Part shown: positions 38,189 through 51,932 of the stretch, in pieces
Position numbering within the stretch: position 1 is the stretch's first letter
Layout: each line of letters opens with the position of its first letter
The notes under the pieces: model-generated
Databases searched by the model: none
What the model saw: only the letters and a program-made list of their open reading frames with translations
What the model was told of the DNA's origin: nothing
From: Octopus vulgaris
Lineage: Eukaryota
DNA: 64,000 nt
Assembly: GCA_951406725.2 (NCBI GenBank)
Contig: OX597818.1
Span: 43,462,001 to 43,526,000 of the forward strand
Direction of reading: 5' to 3'
Translations under genes and position numbers: made by a program

Positions 38189-39439
38189 TATATATTTCCT
38201 GCTCTTCTAGAAACAACCTGCACTAATTTATTCCTGATATCAAAAGAAATGGTGTTTTTTTTTTTTTTTATGGGGCTTAATGAAGGCCTATGACTTAGTG
38301 GTCACAGTGTTGCACTCATAATCACAAAATTGTGGTTTTGATTTCCAAACTGGTTATGTGTTGTGTTTTTGAGGAAAACACCTCATTTCACACTGCCCCA
38401 GTCCACTCACCTGTAAAAGTTTGACCTGGTGATGGATCGGCACACAAAGGTGAGATGGTGACTGAGGGAAAACCACCTGAATGGAGATCTTGCAAGCCAC
38501 GTTTTGTATTTAGCAAAGAAAAGAATGAACTGTACAACCTGTTCTGTGAATCCTGACTGGTAGGGATTGGTTGTTCCACCACCATCAAAGGATGATGATA
38601 ATTTTATGGAATTGGGCTGGAATCAAACTTATTCTTTCTTTCTAACAATGGGAAGATTGTTATCCTTCCATTTGTAAATCTCTCTCTCTCTTTCTCTAAC
38701 TAGGTGAAAGACTTATAACTACATCAGTGTTTGCTTAACCTGTTTAAAATAGCGGTCAAATTTTATTCACATCACACCCTTTGTTCTTAAACTGGAAGGA
38801 CACGCCGGATAATATAATTCTAAATGTATTAGGTCAAAATGGTTATGGATGGAATGCCATTGACCATAAAACAGCCCAATCAGAGAACATCTAAGACTAA
38901 TCAACTAATATGATGTAACCAAAGCAGTGGTAACTATAGCTACTCATCTCATTTATTATTTATCATTCTTTTATTTCAGTCATTTGGTTGCGGTCATGCT
39001 ATGCGTCTTTCTCACAGTATAATTTCTTTAATCATCTTTTTGTTCTTTTTCTTACACTTTCCACAATTTATTTTGTTTGAAGTTTATTTTTATCTTTATT
39101 TTCTATTTCTAAATGTGCCCCAGCATGGCCACAGTCTAATGACTGAAGCAAGTAAAAGATAAAAGATCTAAATTTTCCTTTTTTCTTGAGTTCTGTTTTA
39201 CTTATATTTACTACTCTCTTACACTCAAGTTCTTTCCATTCTTTAAGCATGTTCTGGAAGATAGCTCCAGATAAGAACATCGTCTTTGTGATTTTCTAAT
39301 TATCTATCAGCCTTTACATGTTTTTCTATGCATCCTATGAGAGTTAAATACTTAGAATATATGAATTAGTTATAAGCATAACTACCGTTGCTATAAATAC
39401 AATTTCACAGTGTTTTTAAATAAAGAATATTCATCTAAA

Positions 39440-40187
39440 ATCTTTGGTATGGCTCACAGTAATCATTTGTATGAAAAATAAACACTGCTGGCATAAGGGG
39501 TGCTGAAAATTTCCTGGGTTTGGATAAAAGAAAATACAGGAGGATCAGTTAATTATGATTTTATTGAACGTATTCCCCTCTCAGATTCACATGTGGTCCT
39601 TCAGTTTTTCTAAACCCTGTAAAAAAAAAATTTGGAAGGTTGAGCCCCCAACCAGGCCTTTTAGAATACCCCTGAAGCCAAGAATTTTTCAGTACCCCCT
39701 TGAGCATTGGTAATTTTTAATGAAGGTTACTAAACTAGAAACAGTGACATCCACTTGATCTCTCTTTTCATGTTGATGGTGAGAAATATGACAGACCTTT
39801 GGAACTGTCTCATATCTTTGGTATGGCTCACAGTAATCATTTGTATGAAAAATAAACACTGCTGGCATAAGGGGTGCTGAAAATTTCCTGGGTTTGGATA
39901 AAAGAAAATACAGGAGGATCAGTTAATTATGATTTTATTGAACGTATTCCCCTCTCAGATTCACATGTGGTCAGTTTTTCTAAACCCTGCAAAAAAAACT
40001 TGGAAGGTTGAGCCCCCAACCAGGCCTTTTAGAATACCCCTGAAGCCAAGAATTTTTCAGTACCCATTTGGGCATTGGTAATTTTTAATGATGGTTACTA
40101 AACTAGAAACAGTGACATCCACTCGATCTCTCTTTTCATGTTGATGGTGAGAAATATGACAGACCTTTGGAACTGTCTCACATCTTT
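39440..40187. repeat. 374-bp tandem duplication containing a mariner-type MITE
   Basis: 39440-39813 matches 39814-40181. MITE TIRs aggggtgctgaaaatttcctgg / ccaagaatttttcagtacccc. Confidence 0.9.
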
Positions 40188-40696
40188 TCAATTATTGGAC
40201 TGCAATCATGCTGGAGTGCTATCATGAAGAGTTTACTGAAACAAACCAATGCCAATGCTTATTTTTTTTCAAGTCTAGTACTTATTCTATCAGTTTCTTT
40301 TCTCAAACTGCTAAGTTATAGGGACTTAAACAAATTAAACTGGTTGTCAGACAGTGAGGAGAGAAACAAACACAAAATATGTGTGTGTGGGAGGGCTTCC
40401 ACACAGTTTCCATTTACGATATTCACTCACAAGGCATTGGTCAGCCTACGGTTATAAGTGCCATGCAGTGGGACTGAACCTGAAACCACATGGGTTGCAA
40501 AGTGAGCTTCTTAACCACTCAGCCATGTCTAAATTTAATTCATTTACAAACACAGGGATGGCTAAAACTTCTGGGTATAGCCCATAGTAATCTTTATATA
40601 GATTAGGTTTTCTTTAGTTGTATTTTAATTTACAAGATTCTCTGCCTATCAGGCAAAGGAAATATTTTTTTAAAGCTAAAGATCTCTAAAAGTTTT

Positions 40697-41229
40697 TGGA
40701 TTTGGTTTGCAAGATTCTTTATATAGGCGCAGGAGTGGCTGTGTGGTAAGTAGCTAGTTTACCAACCACATGGTTCCGGGTTCAGTCCCACTGCCGACCA
40801 AAGCCTTGTGAGTGGATTTGGTAGACGGAAGCTGAAAGAAGCCCGTTGTATATATGTATATATATATATATGTGTGCATGTGTGTGTTTGTGTGTCTGTG
40901 TTTGTCCCCCTAGCATTGCTTGACAACCGATGCTGGTGTGTTTATGTCCCTGTTACTTAGCGGTTCGGCAAAAGAGACCGATAGAATAAGTCCCGGGGTC
41001 GAGTTGCTCGATTAAAGGCGGTGCTCCAGCATGGCCGCGGTCAGATGACTGAAACAAGTAAAAGAGTAAAGAGTATATGAGTTCGTGTGTTGAAGCATAT
41101 TCTGTTGTGTCTAGGGAGTAATTTTCTTTTTGTGCCTTATAATGTAACACACTCACTGGTAAAATTTCCACTTATTTCTTATTTTTATTTTCCAAGAATT
41201 TTTGTTGCGCCTTGCAACCTTTTCAATAG
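40697..41229. mobile_element. Short retroposon with 15-bp TSD, interrupted by a family A SINE (40726-41074)
   Basis: atctctaaaagtttt at 40682 and 41231; body homologous to 17432-17752. Confidence 0.8.
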
Positions 41230-41684
41230 AATCTCTAAAAGTTTTATAATATAAAGATAATAACTACTGACTCTCCTACTACTGAGTCTGAATCACAACT
41301 GTCAATGCCAAGAACTGAAAATATATTTCAGCCTAATTACCAGCTAACCTACAACAAAGCTCATCTAAGATTCTCATTGGTGTACTGCTCATATATCTAG
41401 TGTAATGCTGCTGCTGCTACTCATATACACACACACACATCCTAGTTCATAACCAAAGTAAAGCTTTTCAACTGATTGCCAAATATTTACCAATAGCTTA
41501 CAGATGTGCAGTTAAGTTTTTGTCTTCTCTGTAATTATCACAAAAATATTCTCTGATCTTCTTAATTAGCTAATTTCCAAAGCTCCCCCATCTTTCTTTC
41601 TCTCAACATCCCTGTGGTACTTCACATTCCTGACACCACATTAAATACTTTGCTCTGTTCTTCTTCCTGTAATTCTGAGAATCA

Positions 41685-42890
41685 TCATCATCCTCATTTA
41701 GCGTCTGCTTTCCATGCTGGCATGGGTTAGATGGTTTGACTGGAACTGGTAAGCCGGAGAGCTGCACCAAATTCCAGTCTGGTTTGGCATGGTTTCTACA
41801 GCTTGATGCCCTTCCTAATGCCGACTGATCCCAGAGTGTAATGGGTACGTCTTACTTGTCAGTTATGCAATACTGGCATCAGCTACAACTACAATTTCAC
41901 TTGGCTTGACAAATCTTCTCAAGTACAGCATATCACCAAAGGTCTCAACCACCGGTCATCGCTTCCATGAGGCCCAACTTTTGAAGATCATGCTTCACCA
42001 CCTCATCCCATGTCTTCTTGGATCTACTTCCTCCACAGGTTCCCCCCACAGTTAGAGATCAGCACTTTACACAGCTGTCCTCATCAGCCATAACTACAAT
42101 CTCATTTGGCTTGACAGGTCTTCTCAAGCACAGCATATCACCAAAGGTTTTGGTCACTTGTAATCACCTCTATGAGGTCTAACATTTGAAGATCATACTT
42201 CACCACCTTGTCCCATGTCTTCTTGAGTCTACCTCTTCCACAGGCTCCCTCCATAGTTAGAGATCAGCACTTCCTTTCACAGTTGTCCTCATCCATATGC
42301 ATCACATGGCCATACCAGCACAGTTGTCTCTCTTGCACACCACGTCTGATGCCTCTTATGTCCAGCTTTTCTCTCAAGAGACTGGGACTTTATTATACAT
42401 ACGCCGGTGACACGTAAAAAGCACCATCCAAACGTGCCCGATGCCAGCGCTGCCTTGGCTGGCTTCCATGCCAGTGGCACGTAAAAAGCACCAACTGATC
42501 ATGGCCACTGCCAGCCTCCCCTGGCACCTGTGCCAGTGGCATGTAAAAAGCTCCCACTACATTCACGGAGTAGTTGGCGTTAGGAAGGGCATCCAGCTGT
42601 AGAAACACTACCAGATCAGACTGGAGCCTGGTGCAGCCTCCTGGCTTCCCAGATCCCAGTTAAACCGTCCAACTTGTGCTAGCACGGAAAATGGACATTA
42701 AACGATGATGATGATAACACATTGACATTGCACATCCAGTGAAACATACTAGCTTCAGTCTTTTCAAGCCTTTGCATGCTCTCAACTGTAACAGCCCATG
42801 TTTCACTGCCATGTAGCATAGCTGTTTGCATACAGGCATCATACAATCTGCCTTTCATCCTGAGGGAGAGGCCCAGTTGTTTAATCCTTC
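41685..42890 (-). mobile_element. RTE LINE 3' remnant with a nested opposite-strand tail copy
   Basis: GLSLRMKGRLYDACMQTAMLHGSETW; (CAT)n tail at about 41685. Confidence 0.85.
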
Positions 42891-45417
42891 CTTGTTTAGT
42901 TTTCCCCTTCAAACATTAACCTACATATGTTCAAATTTAACATCGACCGCATCAAGCTTACCAGTCTTAGAGAGCCTACAAAAGTCATAGACCCTACCTC
43001 GCCTCCTTCAACTTAGAATTTAGGGAAAAAAGTGTTCCCAACCTATTTCCAATGCCTGCTTTTATCCCTCATACCTTACCATTTTTAATGACCTTAATAA
43101 ATATTAAAGTCAAAAATTTCTCACGTCCCTTTCTTTCTAAAGATGGATGTTTGTCTTATATAAGAAATTAATCTAAACTACAATCGCCTAATATTTGACT
43201 TTACATTCTTCTATAGTTATTTTGGACTTTTATCCAAGAATTGATAACGTGCCAGTAAGGAATTACGAAGCAGGTCATGTTTGGGGCAGTTACCATTGGC
43301 GACTGCATGCACCGTCATTTTACTCTCTTCAAATCTCAAGTTACATTAATGGTTTAGCCCACGCTCCCCTTTAAGATACTACGTTCCTCATCCACGTATG
43401 GATGTTGAAAATTGCTATAAAACCACTGCTTTGATTTTAATAGCTAAGACCAGAAATGAACTCTATCTACGGCTACTTACTTAGCTAAGATCAGTACAAT
43501 AAAGAAAAGAATGTGGCACAGGATACTATGGTCTTACATTTTCTCCCTTTCATTAAACATTTGTAATGTTTTAAATATTTAATTTTCCGAAAATATCTTA
43601 GCAGCTACGATAGCTTTTAATGAAAAATGTCTTTGTTTATTGTAATACGTAATTTCACCGCACAAAAGAGCATTTAGAAGAAATGTCAAAAAGTAATTCG
43701 CGAGTATAACAAAACCTAGCAATTAACAGCACAAAATATAACAAAAAGAAGCAATTGATGCTAATTACAAGGAAATGTTGCAATCATTCTAATACGCAGG
43801 CATTCTTCGTGATCTTTTTGTCTGTTTGGATCGTTTGCTTCACTTGTATTAGAGCAGGAAATTGATGTCATCATCATCTGTCTCCAAAATAATGTTATCG
43901 TTATTGCTTGACTAATCTAAAAGTTTGCGGTTTTCATTAGTTGCCTTGAGGCTTATTAATAAATAACTTGTCGAGAGTGTATCACGCCACATAGTTACTA
44001 TTTAGAGCATAAACAGCATGAGAGTATTTGGCACTTTTAATCGTTCCCAAGCAACACTTTCATGTTGACTGTACACGATGAGTTTATGCTTTGCCTTCTC
44101 GTATCTGTCTTAAGGAAAGCAATTCTCGAGCTATCATTCCTCGTAGAGCGCCGGAGGTTATTAACCTTGTTGAGTGCGCCAAGCTCTATTTATAGTAAGC
44201 GTAACACCCAATTAGAAAGCTATGAATTTTCGGGATGTTTAAACAGACGGAATATGGCGAGAACAACTTACAAACGAGATGATCAGTGGGAACGTTAAAA
44301 AAAATGCGTCTGCTCGCATTGACAATTTATTGCGATATATTCTTTGGGTACACTTCCATAAGTATCTATCTGTCTTCAATGAGTTTCCTGTGCTCACCAC
44401 AACCAGAAACTAAGTTGAATGTGATGAAGACGGTTGTAATTTTGGAGAAAAGTAATTACTTATCTGAAAAAGTAATTAGCGTAAAGCAAATTTAAAAAGA
44501 TCCGTAATTACGTTTCCGCAAAAAGTGTATTTGTTGTTCATCGTTCTCTCTTCTGTTGGTATTCGATATCACTTTAATTAAAATTGTAATTAAAATATTT
44601 AGTTGATATAACTTCACTAATGATAACGTCACATTCAGTGGATATTTTAGTGCAGTGTTTCTCACAGGGATGGGATTAAAAAGGATTAACAAGGAGTGGA
44701 CAGATGGCCGTATTCAGTGAAACCAAAGTGACGAAGAAAGAAGAATTATATGGATGTAAACTATTTTGTTTTCTCTTTTAAAAAGTAGGGTGGTGAGCTG
44801 GCGGAATTGTTTGATCATCGGAGGGAAAAAAATTATTTGCACCATTTTTTCTGGCTGTATGTTTTGTGTTAAAATACAACTTGGCTTTTCATTCCACTCC
44901 ACCACCAGGTCGATAAATCATAGCACCAGTCAAGTACTGAGGTCGATGCTATGGACGAATCCTTCCCTCAAAGTTCCTGATCTTGTGTCTAAAATTGAAT
45001 AGACCATTAATAAGGAAGAGGGAGGGGGCGAAGAATTTCAGTAGTACCACCCACACTTTTCAGTCCACTATTTTTCACTTTCGCTTTTCAATAGTTTCAT
45101 TTTGTAAAAAAAAATACTTGTGACGAAGTAGATACTTTCATTTTCATTTTGGTCTGGAAAGGAAGCTGTCGAGTCACGAAATTCTTCCATTCACTTTCTA
45201 TAAGTGGGGTGCACGTGACTTTCGTGATCTTACGCAATTCTAATTTTAGTAATCAGTATAGCAATAAGACAGTTATGGGAATATCCATTTCTTTAATGAA
45301 GAATATGGATCTTGATAAATAAGGTTAGTTTATAAAGAAAGAAAAAACGTGAGAAAGAGGGAGAAGAGACTCAGTGTGTTCTTATCAAAACGGCTTAGAA
45401 TTGGTTTCTTGCTTATA

Positions 45418-45649
45418 TGTTTCTTTATTACCCACAAGGGGCTAAACATAGAGGGGACAAACAAGGACAGACAAAGGGATTAAGTCGATTACATCTACCC
45501 CAGTGAGTAACTGGTACTTAATTTATCGACTCCGAAAGGATGAAAGGCAAAGTCGACCTCGGCGGAATTTGAACTCAGAACGTAACGGCAAACGAAATAC
45601 GGCTATGCATTTCGCCCGGCGTGCTAACGGTTCTGCCAGCTCGCCGCCC
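45418..45649 (-). mobile_element. tRNA-derived SINE, family B (CpG intact, TSD tttcttgcttat)
   Basis: Full-length; direct repeat on both sides. Confidence 0.9.
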
Positions 45650-45810
45650 TTTTCTTGCTTATCTTTAACCTATTAAAATGGTAACATACAACCCAACAAA
45701 AACGACAGATTGTGTTAGAGTGTAGAATAAGTTATTCAAACAAAGTATGTTGTAATAAGCTCATGTTTTGATCTGCAATTTTCTATCACGTTCTTAGGGT
45801 TTCCTTTTTC

Positions 45811-46213
45811 GCAGGAGTGGCTGTGTGGTAAGTAGCTTGCTAACCAACCACATGGTTCCGGGTTCAGTCCCACTGCGTGGCATCTTGGGCTAGTGTCTTC
45901 TGCTATAGCCCCGAGCCGACTAATGCCTTGTGAGTGGATTTGGTAGACGGAAACTGAAAGAAGCCTGTCGTATATATGTATATATATATACGTATGTGTG
46001 TATATGTGTTTGTGTGTCTGTCTCCCTAGCATTGCTTGACAACCGATGCTGGTGTGTTTACGTCCCCGTCACTTAGCGGTTCGGCAAAAGACTCCGATAG
46101 AATAAGTACTGGGCTTACGAAGAATAAGTCCCGGGGTCGATTTGCTCGACTAAAGGCGGTGCTCCAGCATGGCCGCAGTCAAATGACTGAAACAAGTAAA
46201 AGAGTAAAGAGTA
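45811..46213 (+). mobile_element. tRNA-derived SINE, family A (CpG intact)
   Basis: Full-length with A and B boxes. Confidence 0.9.
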
Positions 46214-47321
46214 ACTATCGCTTTCTCTCACCAAAATTTGTGTTCAATTTAAATGATTTTTACAATAACGAAAGGATATATTCCTTTGTAGACTATAAGG
46301 TCGAAGGATTGGGATCGAGAGTACATTCTAATAACTTAATTCAATGGAAAATTGATAAATCGGACGCATAAATTCAGATTATCCTGTAGATGCATATCTT
46401 ATCCGAAAAGCCGGGAACGAAGGTAGGATTGCAGTGAATGAGAAAGTGAGAGAGAGAGAGAGATTAGGCTTTTTGGGGGGAGGAATGATGAGAAAGCTGT
46501 GTTTGATCTAAAATGCGGTACTCTTTCAAAAGGAGTTCTTCGGTTTTCTTTTGTTTGTTTTATTTTTTTTTTCTGACAATGATTTATGTCCTTCCAATGA
46601 CACTCCCAAAGCGTGACAGAACCAACAAAAAATAACGCGGTCATGTGACTTGGCCTTTTATATAAAGCGATATTTATATCATTTAAGGTTGGGAGTTATT
46701 TTAGTGTTGTTTATATTTTAGCTGTGTAATAACATGAAGTTCAGCTTATCATTTAGGTGGGCGTTGATAGTTTGTTTTCTTTTTTTTTTTTCCTCGTAAT
46801 TTCTTTTCGGCTTTACAGTCCTAAATTTAAATTTCACCACACAGGTTGGACTATGGTAATGAGGGCATTATCACCTGTTAATTTTTTTTTTTTTTATGAA
46901 TCTGTTGGGTTTACTATCAAATGTCAATATTTCCTACTTGACTCTCCCTAATCTATATGGTAATCATTAAAAGGTGTTAGCTCAATTGATTTCAGATTAT
47001 TAGAACGGGGAGCAAGTTAAATGAAATAATAATAACCAGGTCGTATATTTGGTTCATCAGTTGCTCCCTTTAGTTCTCGGGTGCACTCCTCTTTAGTACT
47101 AACACAAGTGTATACCTTTTGAGAAAAGAGTGTACGCTCGATTACATTTGCTCTACTTGACTAGCACTTTGTTTTATTAACCCCGGAAGGCAGGTAGGCA
47201 AACTTAACCACGTGTGTATTTGAATTTAGAACACACTGGGTAAAAGACCATAAATAAATATCGCAAGGCATATTTTGTCCAACGCTTTTCAGATATTTCC
47301 AAACTGCCATCCTGAATGTTA

Positions 47322-47665
47322 TGGATCTTTTCGGTTTCATCGGCAGTTTTTTAAAATAATTTCCACGTAACTAAACACTTTTAAACTTCGTATACTGGAA
47401 GAATGTGTTTATAAAACATCTTTTTCTCTTGGCTTTATTGAGAAAATTCTATAGTTTGTAAGATATTTGTTGTTTTTTTTCTTCAATTTCAACCAATCAA
47501 TGACGTCTATTGAAGTAAAAATATCTTACAAACTATAGAATTTTCTCAATAAAGCCAAGAGAAAAAGACGTTTTATAAACACATTCTACCAGTATACAAA
47601 GTTTAAAATTTTTTAGTTACCTAGAAATTATGTTAAAAAATTGCCGTTCAAACCGAAAATATCCA
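47322..47665. mobile_element. Fold-back MITE with TIRs of about 145 bp
   Basis: tggatcttttcggttt...aagatattt pairs with aaatatctt...aaaccgaaaatatcca. Confidence 0.85.
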
Positions 47666-48189
47666 GGCGTTCCAACTGTGGCCATCCGTCGTTTTATAGA
47701 TACTTTGACTACTATTTGTAGAATTTCAAGTTACCACATAACGGTTCCCTGAGAGTAGTGTAGACTGAGCCGAGGGTTTAAATATGGGTTTGAATGGTGA
47801 AAACAGCAAGGGTGTTGTGTGGTGGGTTAGTTGAGAGGGTTCGATATGGGTATCACACTCAGTGATGTTCAGAGTAGAGCCTTGATTTTTTATTGTCCAT
47901 TAGGGGCGAACACAGATGGGACAACACGTGGGGACACAAAACAAGAAAAATAAAGAACAAGGCAATGTATGAGAACATGAAATGACAATGAAAACGAAAA
48001 AGATGCAACGAAGCCACTCGGCCCCCACCTCCGAGAAACTTCATTTCTACCTTTAATTCCTTTTGAAACTTGTTCCCTCCAAAATATCTATCCCATGATT
48101 CTTTAACAGGTTGTCTTAATTAAAAGGGAGGCTGCATAATTCTATACATCTCCACTTCCCACATCCGATATCCACCTTTGTATTGTGTG

Positions 48190-49480
48190 ACATTTTTTTT
48201 TTGTTCCTCTGAAAGCAACATGCAACCGTGCTAACCCATAATGTTATCGAATCCCCTTGTTTCTACTTTTTTAGGATCTTTCCAAGTTATTACTTCACTG
48301 CACAAATCCTCATTAGCATCGTCATACTGTACATTTTGTTTGGGGGCTCCTGTGTGCTGTGCCCCCCCCCCTCTTCTTGCTCCCGTGTCGGAGGGGAAGG
48401 GTAGGCCCAGCGCCTGCGGGGAGACGGCAGGATTGAGAGGGCGTGGGCGGGTCGGTGGTTCAAATCTGTATAACCCGCCCTCCTTCTCCTCCCTGCTTTT
48501 TGCTCCCCGCACCCCCTCACCTCCCCTGCCGGTAAGTCCCTTTCCGCTCCCACCGGCTCCTCTCGGCTGGTGAAGAGTAGTCCGCTCCGATGTGGCCCCT
48601 CAGGCCACACTGAAAGCATCGTGGGATTCCGCCCTCCACCCCAACTTCCAACACCGCACCTCCTACTGTCACCGTTTCCACCATGCCCTACAGGCCTTCC
48701 ACTGATCCCCGCATTTCCAAATCCTAAGTTTGGCTCCTCCAACCTACGGCTTCCGACCCAGCGGCCCAGAGGACCGCTACTTCATCCCCGTTACCCAGGA
48801 GTACAGCAGCCGCCATTCAGGCCACGACGACCTCGGGCGGAACCCCTTCCACCCCCCCACCCTGGCACGTAGGCAGAAGCACCACACACTTCGCTCCCAG
48901 CGGGGCCGCCGTGCACTGCTCTGCTCTGGCCGCCTCTCCGTGGCGAACTTCCACCGCGCCGAATTGCCCCCCCCCCCCCCAACAAGAAACACAACATCGC
49001 GCCAGACCGGTTTCAGCCCCACCCCTACCTCATTCTGCTCGTCGACACCACCCCAACCCCTCCCTCCTCAACCGAATACACCCTACCAACAAATGCCCTC
49101 TCCCGCATTCACCCCATGACATCCTGAGGCGACGACAATCCCACATCGTCCCCCACCTCCGCATAACACCCTCCCACAACTTTCCAACCTTGCCAAACCT
49201 ACCTTCCTGCACTCCACCTCCGCATCTCCTGAACAACTCCTCCATCAACCTTCTCTGCCGCCCTCACGAGCTCCTCCTTCTGCGAAGACAACCCCGAAGA
49301 GCTTCAACCCCCCCACACATCACTGGCAACAAGCCGCCTTAAGGCAGCAAAAACAAAAAAAAAACAGCTCACAAGTGTTCAAATAAACACCATCACAAAC
49401 TTCCCAATGACAAACAACAACTCCCCCCTACAAATGACAATTCCGTTCAACCCCACGTTTTGAGTAGAGCCTTTCTCCCC
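48190..49480 (-). mobile_element. Decayed gag-like ORF1 of a non-LTR retrotransposon with CCHC knuckle
   Basis: Minus strand 48618-48577 encodes C-FQ-C-GLRG-H-IGAD-Y (CX2CX4HX4C with the last C changed to Y), preceded by VLEVGVEGGIPR. GC-rich island with stops and frameshifts. Confidence 0.7.
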
Positions 49481-50084
49481 CATAAAAAGTTCCTGTTTAT
49501 GAGAACCTTAAATCTTGGGTATAAATTTTTAGCCTAGCATTTGTGAGGGGCATGATGATTAAATGTTGAAGGGATGCAACGTCAGAAATTACTTCCTGTA
49601 AGTTGTTTTTAGTTTTTACATTGTAGTATTTAGTTACGGCTCTTTACGTTCTAAGTTCAAATCTCGCCGAGGTCTACTCTTCCATTCGTCCTTGCGAAAT
49701 CGATAAAATAAAGTATCAGTCGAGTACCGAGATCGATGGTATCGACCAAGCCTATCCCTTTAAAATTACTGATTAATAATCGATATTTTTTTCTAAACTG
49801 AAAACCGTTAATGCCAATTCTAATGCTAGAACTAATAAGAACACACCTCTTAATCGTAAGACCATTCCTCTGATACAGTTAAGATTTATCAGCGCAGCAA
49901 TTCATATTGTTATTTATTATTAATCGATTTGCAATTAATTTTTTAAAAGAAGAGATTTATGAATGTAATATAAAAATCTATTGCATTAATGGACAATTTT
50001 TAAAAAAAAACTGAAATTGTATGCTTTCTCGACAGCAGGTTGCTTGTAAATTCTTGTGGGATCAACATTTAATTCTGATGGGGA

Positions 50085-50180
50085 ACATACAAGTTACGTC
50101 ACGGAAACACTAAAATGCCGAAACGAAAAACATTAGAAAAGGAAATTAAAAACATTCAAAATGGCGCTCTACGTGCGAAA
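50085..50180 (+). promoter_or_regulatory. Candidate promoter (CRE-like TTACGTCA, ETS-like CGGAAA, YY1-like CAAAATGGCG)
   Basis: Motif cluster in unique CpG-retaining DNA upstream of a donor-like site at 50531. Confidence 0.45.
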
Positions 50181-50428
50181 TTACACTACTACCCTTTGGA
50201 GTGTGCAGTTGTATGAGTGTGTGTAAGATGTGATAAGAGGTATCAGGATACACAGCAACAAGAAATAGACTATACGTAAATTTTAAACGTAAACGATTTG
50301 ATCGCAGACATTTGTAGGAATATACATATTTTGCAAGCTATTGCTGTTGTTGTAGTCTGACCAGGGAAGAAATCTATTTGATTTCTAACTTCTTATGCTA
50401 AAGAGTTCCAGAAAAGGTAGCAGACGTA

Positions 50429-50530
50429 ATGTCCTACTTGGGACTAGTGGCAAAGTACATTTTCGAAAAACACTGTTTTATCTACGCTTCAAGAACATTG
50501 TTCCACTCAAGACTTCAGTCTGACGAACAG
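50429..50530 (+). CDS. Weak candidate first coding exon MSYLGLVAKYIFEKHCFIYASRTLFHSRLQSDEQ
   Basis: ATG-initiated open frame ending CAG|gtaaat, followed by T-rich intron-like sequence; no matching downstream exon found. Confidence 0.3.
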
Positions 50531-51901
50531 GTAAATTCTTCACATTAAGTTCCTTATTTATTCGTATGTAATTTTGACTGTTACTTTATATTCACTTTAA
50601 CTTTAAATAGGTTATTTTTTTTTCCGCATTAATTTTTCCCAAATAAACAACCCCACAACGGTTTTTCATATCGATGTTTATGATTTGGGCGAATAATTTA
50701 TTCATATCTTATCAATATTTTCAACTGAAAAAATAAAAATTGGTAGGTGAAAAAATAAACCGTATTTATTGCAAATATTTATTATCATTATTTCTGAGAG
50801 AAATTAAAAGAAATTCCTTAAAAACAGAATGCCTTCAGTAGCAGACAGTGTTTACATTATAATGCTTTTCTAATACGCTCTACTGATTGCAATGGATTTA
50901 AAATCTAAAATATTAGATGGTAAATATATAATTTCTATCAAATAAGCATATTATATTGTGTATGTGTGTATATATAATATAAATTACGCACACACATTCA
51001 ATGTATAACATAATAGAGGCAGTGTTAGCTGGTGTTTAGCCCTCGGCCAAGTACTAACGAGCGACCCTTTGATTAGAGGAATTCTAACCTTGATCATCCC
51101 ATCTTTTTTAGAGATGGATCAAACCACTTTATCTGATATGTCATTGCTTTATTCATGATTGATATTATAGTAATTTGTGGATGATTTGGCTGCTATTTCT
51201 AATAGGTCAAAAGCGACCACAGAGAGGCTTCGACGTTATCGTTGATATAGTTTTTTGTTATTTATAGTTTTTTCAGTAGTTCGCGTTTTAAAAATGTTTT
51301 AACCTAATTATCAATTCAAGATAAGTTTCTTTCATGCATTTAATCCACAGAGTTTTCTTACGTTTCTTATCAATATCGTAATGCTTGTGTTTGTATTGAC
51401 GCAGTTTCTGAAAGGGTGTAGATATAATTACAAGCATATTTTGCTGGAACTTAACCGGATTTTACTATTTCCATTTCGTTGAGATATTGCAAAAATTCCG
51501 TTTATCTATCTGGATTACGTTAAATTATATCATAATACTTATAAATAAATTTATCTGTATGCTACAATTTGTATAGTCATCACAAGCTACGACTCCAGAT
51601 GCTATAGTACTAGTGTGTATGTGTGCGTACGTTATTTATCTATGTTATCAGTTAGCTGTCCATAAGTCAGAAGGGGTGGGGGAAGGAACATTCTCAATAT
51701 GTGTAACAGAGTGGTCACATTTTTTAAATATATTTTTGTATATTATCAATCAGTAGTATGTTACTGGTTATAACGTCTTATGGCCTGTAATGTCTGAAGA
51801 GTAGTCAATATTGCTCAAGTATAATACTCGGCGCGAAAACGACGGCAACATTCTGACCAGTCATATGCCATAACCAGTAATATACTGTACAACCATGTAT
51901 G

Positions 51902-51932
<31 letters not shown>

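Noticed and set aside
48231-49342. Host gene or CpG island in the GC-rich block
   Set aside because: The overlapping Pro/Gly-rich ORFs arise from C skew; a broken CCHC knuckle indicates a retroelement ORF1.
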